Shown: positions 58,034-64,000 of the stretch, piece by piece
Numbering within the stretch: position 1 is the first letter of the stretch
Layout: every line of letters starts with the position of its first letter
Virus record (IMG/VR): IMGVR_UViG_3300026478_000263
Direction: 5' to 3' (one strand)
Source: a virus
Lineage: Duplodnaviria; Heunggongvirae; Uroviricota; Caudoviricetes
DNA length: 64,000 nt
The notes under the pieces: generated by a model
Seen by the model: only the letters and a program-made list of their open reading frames with translations
What the model was told of the DNA's origin: nothing
The model's database searches: none
Translations under genes and position numbers: made by a program

Positions 58034-59573
58034 AAATTTAACCGCAACACAAAACGACTACGCATACTTTTTGCCGGCAACTAGCGGTTTCTATAGTACC
58101 TTTATAGGTAAACAAAGATATGGAAACTATGTTGATCCGGCAAGAGTTCCTGCTAGTTTTAAAAACGGAGTAGAAAGTCTAAACTACTTAGAACCGGAAA
58201 AAGGTGCGTTCTACTATGACCACTGCTTGTATAGTGCAGGTCATGCTAATCTAGACCTTAACAAAGTTGATCACAGCGAAGATATGTTTCGTAATAGAGA
58301 TCGCAGTACTAGTTGGGTACTAGGCGACTCCGGTGGTTTCCAAATTGGTAAAGGTGTATGGGAAGGCGATTGGAAGAATCCCAACTGTCCTAAAGCACAA
58401 AAGAAACGTGAACAGGTTCTTAAGTGGATGGATAGTCTAATGGACTATGGTATGTGTCTTGATATCCCTGCTTGGGTAGCTCGTAGCCCTGCTGGACAAA
58501 AAGCCACAGGCATTACTACATACGCAGAAGCAGTTCAAGGTACTTACATTAACAACGATTGGTTTGTAAACAATCGCAATGGTAATTGTAAATTCTTAAA
58601 CGTTCTCCAAGGTGAAAATCATACCGATGCAGACGATTGGTATGACCGAATGAAGAAGTACTGCGATCCTACTGTCTACGGTGACCGTGCATTTAACGGT
58701 TGGGCCATGGGTGGTCAGAATATGTGTGATGTACACTTGGTATTAAAACGCCTAGTAGCATTACGATTTGACGGATTACTTGAACAGGGCAAACAAGACT
58801 GGATGCACTTCTTAGGTACTAGTAAATTAGAGTGGGCTTGTTTATTAACAGACATTCAACGTGCTGTACGCAAGTATCACAATCCTAACTTTACAATTAG
58901 TTTCGACTGTGCTAGTCCATTCTTAGCAACTGCAAACGGACAAGTATACGTTCAAACAGAAACACAAGACAGAACTAAGTGGGTATATAGAATGTTACCT
59001 AGTATCGATAATAAAAAATATAGTAAAGATACTAGACTATTCCGCGATGCAGTAGTACAGGACGGACATTTTAAAAACTTTGACAATAGTCCAATTATTG
59101 ACGGGGTTCAAATTAAAGATGTTTGTATTTACGGGCCCGGGGATCTAAACAAGATTGGCAAGGAAGGTAAAACTTCGTGGGATAGTTTTAGTTACGCTAT
59201 CTTAATGGGCCATAATGTTTGGATGCACATTAATGCTGTACAAGAAGCCAATCGTCAATACGATTTGGGCATTGTTCCTGCTATGTTAGTAGAAGAACGG
59301 TTTGATAGACTATTCTTTAAAGATGTAGTAGAAGCCATTTTTGCTACTAGTAGTCGTGCAGAAGCAGACAAAGTCGTTGAAGAGTATAATAAATTTTGGC
59401 AAAGTATTATTGGAACTCGCGGAGCAGTAGGTAAGAAGACTGTAAACGCAAGTACACAATTTGCCAAACTGTTTGACGAAGTAGAGGAAGAGAGTGTACA
59501 ATTAGAGCACGGTGAAGAATTTACCGATGATGAAATTGCTAAACTTGACGAACTCGAAGAAGGCGTAAAATGA
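58026..59573 (+). CDS. tRNA-guanine transglycosylase-fold protein (TGT/DpdA-like)
   Basis: LGDSGGFQIG (58326-58343), CLDIP, NVLQG, GWAMGG, MHFLG, SFDCASP, GHN. Confidence 0.8.
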   Translation: MNKNLTATQNDYAYFLPATSGFYSTFIGKQRYGNYVDPARVPASFKNGVESLNYLEPEKGAFYYDHCLYSAGHANLDLNKVDHSEDMFRNRDRSTSWVLGDSGGFQIGKGVWEGDWKNPNCPKAQKKREQVLKWMDSLMDYGMCLDIPAWVARSPAGQKATGITTYAEAVQGTYINNDWFVNNRNGNCKFLNVLQGENHTDADDWYDRMKKYCDPTVYGDRAFNGWAMGGQNMCDVHLVLKRLVALRFDGLLEQGKQDWMHFLGTSKLEWACLLTDIQRAVRKYHNPNFTISFDCASPFLATANGQVYVQTETQDRTKWVYRMLPSIDNKKYSKDTRLFRDAVVQDGHFKNFDNSPIIDGVQIKDVCIYGPGDLNKIGKEGKTSWDSFSYAILMGHNVWMHINAVQEANRQYDLGIVPAMLVEERFDRLFFKDVVEAIFATSSRAEADKVVEEYNKFWQSIIGTRGAVGKKTVNASTQFAKLFDEVEEESVQLEHGEEFTDDEIAKLDELEEGVK

Positions 59574-59827
59574 AAAAACTACTAGGCATTGGTGTTTTAG
59601 CAGTATTAAGTTTTGGTTTGTTTTATAAAACGGCAGATGCCGTGGGTCCAAACGACTACTATCTTGTAATTAAATTTGCAGAAACTGGCAACACCATTGC
59701 CCTAGCAGATAAATTCAATGGGCACGAAGCCTGTGTATCCTCTCCGGATTATGCGCTACATCAATTAGCGGGCAAACAATCCGGATCTCTTATTAAATGT
59801 GTTAACGAACTACCAACATATAGATGA
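59570..59827 (+). CDS. small exported protein
   Basis: N-terminal signal/TM, Cys pair. Confidence 0.6.
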   Translation: MKKLLGIGVLAVLSFGLFYKTADAVGPNDYYLVIKFAETGNTIALADKFNGHEACVSSPDYALHQLAGKQSGSLIKCVNELPTYR

Positions 59828-60702
59828 AAAGTTTAGTTGTAGGAATGGGAATAGGACAGTTATATAAATCTGTCCTAACTCAATTAGGTTATGAAGTTTG
59901 TACTGTCGATACAGACATTAATAAAAATGCCGACTTCCCTAGTATAGAACCAGCCATATTACTTCACGGGTCTTTTGACACCGTACATATTTGCACACCA
60001 AATTTTACGCATTTAGAATTAGCCGTTAAACTGGCTCCTATCAGTAAAATTGTCTTTATTGAAAAGCCTGGACTGATTAATAGAAACGAATGGGCTAAAT
60101 TATGTAAAAGATTTCCACGCACACGATTTATGATGGTTAAAAATAATATGTGGCGTGACAATATTGCAGAATTACAGGAAAAGGCTAAAGTAGCAAAGAA
60201 TGTAGACATCGAATGGATTAGAAAGAACTGTATTCCTAGCCCAGGTAGTTGGTTTACTACACGCAAACTAGCATTTGGCGGAGTTAGTAGGGACTTAATG
60301 CCACACTTATTAAGTTTGTATATTGCACTACATCCAGACTGGCGCATAGAAAAAGTTAACGGCGAATCATCTATACAATCATGGCTGTTAAAAGATATCG
60401 AAAGCACAGAGTATGGTACTGTAAACCCAAATGGAACTTATGATGTAGACGACCAGTGTCACATTGGATTTGGTTCTAAATGGAACTGCCGTGCTAACTG
60501 GCGCAGTATGACTGTTGAACGTAGTGCTATTACATTTATTAATCAAGATAATACCAAAGATGTATTTGAGTTAGGCTGGTGTCCAGAAGAAGCGTACCTA
60601 AATATGATTAAAGATGCTGTAGAAAACCTAAATAATGACGAGTACTGGAAAGTACAGTTAGAAATTGACCTTTGGATACACGAAAGAATAGAAAAACTAT
60701 GA
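59824..60702 (+). CDS. Gfo/Idh/MocA-family oxidoreductase
   Basis: VVGMGIG, HICTPNFTH, VFIEKPG, GGVSRDLMPHLL. Confidence 0.85.
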   Translation: MKSLVVGMGIGQLYKSVLTQLGYEVCTVDTDINKNADFPSIEPAILLHGSFDTVHICTPNFTHLELAVKLAPISKIVFIEKPGLINRNEWAKLCKRFPRTRFMMVKNNMWRDNIAELQEKAKVAKNVDIEWIRKNCIPSPGSWFTTRKLAFGGVSRDLMPHLLSLYIALHPDWRIEKVNGESSIQSWLLKDIESTEYGTVNPNGTYDVDDQCHIGFGSKWNCRANWRSMTVERSAITFINQDNTKDVFELGWCPEEAYLNMIKDAVENLNNDEYWKVQLEIDLWIHERIEKL

Positions 60703-61589
60703 CACGCTGTCTACAAACAACTGGACAAGGTTACTTTGAAGAAGTAGAATATGCAAAGCCAGAACCTACGTCAACTGAAATTGAAGTTAAAGCAGTTATG
60801 ACTGGTGTATGTCGCAGTGACATAGATATGATGCAGGGCAACTTTGGACCTTTACCACTACACATGCAAGGTCACGAAGGTCTAGGAATCGTAACTAAAG
60901 TCGGTGCCAGTGTATTAGGTGTTAAAGTAGGCGATTATGTTGCTACCCGCGGCGAACCAGCATACGCAGATTATTACAACTGTCGTGACGGTGAGTTTGT
61001 AACAGTTTTAGAACTACATCCACGTTACATTTTAGAACCAGTGGCCTGTGGTGTTAACTGTATTAGACAAGCGTATACTCTTTTTGAACGTAGACAAAAT
61101 GGTAAATGCTTAATCCTAGGTAGTGGTTTCCTTGCATGGGTAGTTTTTAATAACCTGGCACATCATTTTCCAGAACTTGAAGTAGATGTACTAGGTTCTA
61201 GTAATCAGGAACTTTGGGGAGATGCGTTACTGTTAGGTACTACCGACAGTTACGATTTGATAGTAGATTTATCTGGAAAATATCAACTAGGTACCGACAT
61301 TAATCTAAATAACAATGCAGTAATCATTGATGCTGTTGGTAAAGCAGTAAGTAAAGAAGAAGCACAACAACAACTTTGGAAGGCTGTTACTACAGTTAAA
61401 CCAAGTCCAAGAACAGAAGAATTTATTGGTGCTATGTTTGAAGCACGTTGGATGATTGAAAACGGTAAACTAGAGGTTGATTCTTTCTGGACAAAAGGTT
61501 ATAATCGTAACACAGAATGGCAACAAGCATTTGCGGATGGTGTGGATCGTCCAAATGGTTATAGCAGAGGTTATATTAAATGGGATTAA
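60699..61589 (+). CDS. zinc-type medium-chain dehydrogenase (start re-called to 60699)
   Basis: GVCRSD, GHEGLGIVTKVG...VKVGDYV, LEPVACG, LILGSG. Confidence 0.85.
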   Translation: MTRCLQTTGQGYFEEVEYAKPEPTSTEIEVKAVMTGVCRSDIDMMQGNFGPLPLHMQGHEGLGIVTKVGASVLGVKVGDYVATRGEPAYADYYNCRDGEFVTVLELHPRYILEPVACGVNCIRQAYTLFERRQNGKCLILGSGFLAWVVFNNLAHHFPELEVDVLGSSNQELWGDALLLGTTDSYDLIVDLSGKYQLGTDINLNNNAVIIDAVGKAVSKEEAQQQLWKAVTTVKPSPRTEEFIGAMFEARWMIENGKLEVDSFWTKGYNRNTEWQQAFADGVDRPNGYSRGYIKWD

Positions 61590-62119
61590 ACACTGAAGAA
61601 AGACAAGACATTGTCTACTTTACAGGCTACGAAGTCGAACATACTATTTGCTATGGTATGTATACACTATTTGTAGTAGGCACTCCTCCGCTAGAAGAAA
61701 TACTACGTATTGCTGGTGACACACAAGCATACTTAGACGAAAACAAACGCATTAAACAAATTTACTTTGGCACTAGTCAAAGTTTTAATCCTAAAAGTAT
61801 TTCACACGAAGAATACAAAGCATGGGACGAAGTTATTATAGGCTGTCTAAAAGCAGGCTATTGGGTAGCTCTAGACTTTGGTGTTGAACACATCGAAGGC
61901 GTACTAGAGTCTGCTTATAACGAATATCCCAAGTTTGTACCTATGATTAGTGTCAAGTTACCCTACATTAATCAACTCAACTACAATGCCACACTCAAAC
62001 TGGATGACCGAACTTGGGGTGCTACAAATCCAGGTGTGTGGACACATCATTTACAAAGCCTAATGACTAAAGACAAGTATACTCATTGGGATTTGTACAC
62101 TCAAGATACACCAACATGA
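61580..62119 (+). CDS. hypothetical protein inside the modification cluster
   Basis: 179-aa ORF overlapping both neighbours. Confidence 0.75.
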   Translation: MGLNTEERQDIVYFTGYEVEHTICYGMYTLFVVGTPPLEEILRIAGDTQAYLDENKRIKQIYFGTSQSFNPKSISHEEYKAWDEVIIGCLKAGYWVALDFGVEHIEGVLESAYNEYPKFVPMISVKLPYINQLNYNATLKLDDRTWGATNPGVWTHHLQSLMTKDKYTHWDLYTQDTPT

Positions 62120-62511
62120 TTATCAAACAAGACATTAGACCAAACAAAATGATCTGGGTAACTTTCCGCAAAGAAGGTATCCATAAGTATCCTGCGGCAC
62201 TAACAGATCCTAATCTAGCAACAGGAGACGAATATGACGTATCGTTTTTGGGTCACCCTCATCGCCACATCTTTCATTTCAGGGTGTGGATCAGTGTGCA
62301 ACACAATGACAGGGACATCGAATTCATCCAATTCAAACGATGGCTCGAGTCGTTGTATAATGGTCAAGGTGCCACTATAAGCCTTGACTACAAGAGTTGT
62401 GAAATGATGTCTGACGAATTACATGACATCATTAGCAAGAAGTATCCAAATCGCGAGATTTGGATTGAGGTCTCCGAAGACGGAGAAAATGGTTCATTCA
62501 TCAAATACTAA
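62116..62511 (+). CDS. dpdL: QueD-like T-fold protein with LxxxHRHxF motif (DpdL-like; start re-called to 62116)
   Basis: EGIH, LGHPHRHIF (62248-62274), DIEF, SCE, VSEDGENG align to the QueD layout. Confidence 0.6.
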   Translation: MIIKQDIRPNKMIWVTFRKEGIHKYPAALTDPNLATGDEYDVSFLGHPHRHIFHFRVWISVQHNDRDIEFIQFKRWLESLYNGQGATISLDYKSCEMMSDELHDIISKKYPNREIWIEVSEDGENGSFIKY

Positions 62512-62519
62512 AGGAAACA

Positions 62520-62753
62520 ATGATGAAAAAAGAAGTCGTTCAAATTTTTGACGATCTTGACAATCTGCTAGATTTTTGCAGATTCAACCTTCTGCCTTAC
62601 AATGAGGCAGACTTGTATAACCGCCAAAGTAAAACTTGGCAGGCTTACGAGGCGTCTAAGCGTCCTCGTCGTTATAACAACGACAGACGATTTGAAAATC
62701 GTCCCCGTAATAACAACGGGTACAATAACAACTACAGGAATGGTCGCCAATGA
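62520..62753 (+). CDS. hypothetical protein with Arg/Asn-rich C-terminus
   Basis: 77-aa ORF, AGGA SD. Confidence 0.65.
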   Translation: MMKKEVVQIFDDLDNLLDFCRFNLLPYNEADLYNRQSKTWQAYEASKRPRRYNNDRRFENRPRNNNGYNNNYRNGRQ

Positions 62754-63823
62754 CCGTCTACTTAGTAGACCTTGAGCCGGTAGAAACACGCTATACAGCG
62801 CAGTGGAAGACCCACCTACCGGCTATCCTGAGAAAGAGAGGACACGATGTTCAAGTTTTATCTGGGCCTACGGATATTCCTTCAGCCACTACTCCTGGTG
62901 CTTTTCTTAATTTTGGTGGCACCAATATATACAAGTCTGCTCAAGTTGAGCAAATGGGTAGGTTGTTTTGCGCCGGATCAGTGGCTCCTAATGATCACTT
63001 CATCTTTACTGATGCTTGGCACCCTGGTATCATCAACCTAAAGTATATGAGTGAACTGTTACAGATTCCTGTAACTATTCACGCACTATGGCATGCCGGT
63101 AGTTACGATCCACAGGACTTTTTAGGTCGTCTAATTGGCGATGCTCCTTGGGTCAGAAATGCTGAAAAGAGTTTCTTTCATGCTATAGATCATAACTACT
63201 TTGCTACAACATTCCATATTGAAATGTTTTGTCATAATCTTTTAAACATAGATTACGATACTGCAAAAGCATCATATATCGATAAAGGAAAAATTGTACG
63301 CACAGGTTGGCCAATGGAGTATATGGAAGATACATTAACTCCATATAAAGGGATGAAAAAACGTGATTTAATTCTTTTCCCTCATCGCATCGCACCCGAG
63401 AAGCAAGTTGAAATTTTTAGAGATTTAAAAGAACACTTGCCACAGTACGAGTTCGTAGTCTGTCAGGATCAACAACTAACAAAAAATGAATATCATAACT
63501 TGTTAGGCGAATCGAAATTAGTGTTCTCTGCAAACTTACAAGAGACATTAGGGATTAGTTGGTATGAAGGCGCTGTTGTAGATGCTATTCCTATGGTGCC
63601 AGATAGACTTAGTTACAGTGAAATGGGCTATGATACTTTTAAGTATCCTAGTGAATGGACTGAAAGTTTCGAAGCATATAAAGCACACCGTCCAGAAATA
63701 TGTGCAAAGATTATCCAGTATATGGATAACTATGAAAAGTTTTTACCACAACTTAGAAAACAAACTCAAGACTTAACTGAAAATTTCTTTTCTGCAAATG
63801 GACTCTTAGAAAGACTTGTATGA
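62750..63823 (+). CDS. GT-B fold glycosyltransferase (GT4-like)
   Basis: FPHRIAPEK, E-x7-E motif QETLGISWYE, PMVPD. Confidence 0.8.
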   Translation: MTVYLVDLEPVETRYTAQWKTHLPAILRKRGHDVQVLSGPTDIPSATTPGAFLNFGGTNIYKSAQVEQMGRLFCAGSVAPNDHFIFTDAWHPGIINLKYMSELLQIPVTIHALWHAGSYDPQDFLGRLIGDAPWVRNAEKSFFHAIDHNYFATTFHIEMFCHNLLNIDYDTAKASYIDKGKIVRTGWPMEYMEDTLTPYKGMKKRDLILFPHRIAPEKQVEIFRDLKEHLPQYEFVVCQDQQLTKNEYHNLLGESKLVFSANLQETLGISWYEGAVVDAIPMVPDRLSYSEMGYDTFKYPSEWTESFEAYKAHRPEICAKIIQYMDNYEKFLPQLRKQTQDLTENFFSANGLLERLV

Positions 63824-64000
63824 TATTAAAACTGTTAGAACGTCTCGGTCGCAAGCGTATTATTATGGATCGTACCTGTGACGAGCCGTTACTTACACGT
63901 TATTATCTATTTTTAAAGGATCGTAAATGGTTTCCATTTAATGTATTCTTACACAAGTTTCATAAAGGTGATCCAGATGATGTGCATGATCACCCATGGC
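63820..64000 (+). CDS. partial ORF, possible cupin-like protein (runs off window)
   Basis: RYYLF...FLHKFHKGDPDDVHDHPW; ATGA overlap. Confidence 0.6.
   Translation, partial: MILKLLERLGRKRIIMDRTCDEPLLTRYYLFLKDRKWFPFNVFLHKFHKGDPDDVHDHPW

Noticed and set aside
1-64000. Many short opposite-strand or alternate-frame ORFs in the track (e.g. 2915-3406, 24311-24946, 36770-37276, 48304-48948, 51652-52128)
   Set aside because: They lie wholly inside well-supported genes, lack SD or promoter, and read as antisense shadows of biased codon usage.
1-64000. Stop-codon reassignment (TAG is almost never used as a stop; the only case I found is uvsE at 13541-13543)
   Set aside because: Long genes are uninterrupted under the standard code and contain no in-frame TAG, so this is avoidance rather than recoding.
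1-64000. CRISPR array, rRNA, integrase or transposase
   Set aside because: No regularly spaced direct repeats or recognisable motifs found on reading.

Overview
AT-rich, gene-dense 64-kb segment of a large T4-like (myovirus-type) tailed phage, probably infecting a Gram-negative aquatic bacterium (GH19 endolysin plus two-component spanins; near-consensus sigma70 promoters; T4-like (N)TAAATA late promoters). Left to right: early genes with clpP; two minus-strand fibre genes; queD with a preQ1-I-like riboswitch leader, flanked by glycosyltransferase-like genes and uvsE; a 3,092-aa fibre/baseplate protein with six phycobiliprotein-like CxRD repeats and other virion genes; a stand-alone DnaE fragment, groES, MazG-like, clamp loader, dCMP deaminase, phoH; a lysis cassette; dnaJ-def-clpA; a late-promoter block of probable head-packaged, Glu-cleaved modular proteins (nucleotidyltransferase, KxDG ligase-like, HxGH cytidylyltransferase, HAD-zincin fusion); dps and a candidate structured RNA; family B DNA polymerase with a tandem hairpin operator and a probable clamp; and a TGT/DpdA-like + oxidoreductase + dehydrogenase + DpdL-like + glycosyltransferase cluster that suggests an undescribed 7-deazaguanine-based, possibly glycosylated, DNA modification. 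No tRNA, rRNA, CRISPR array, integrase or transposase was seen. All assignments come from motif recognition by eye; no database search was run.
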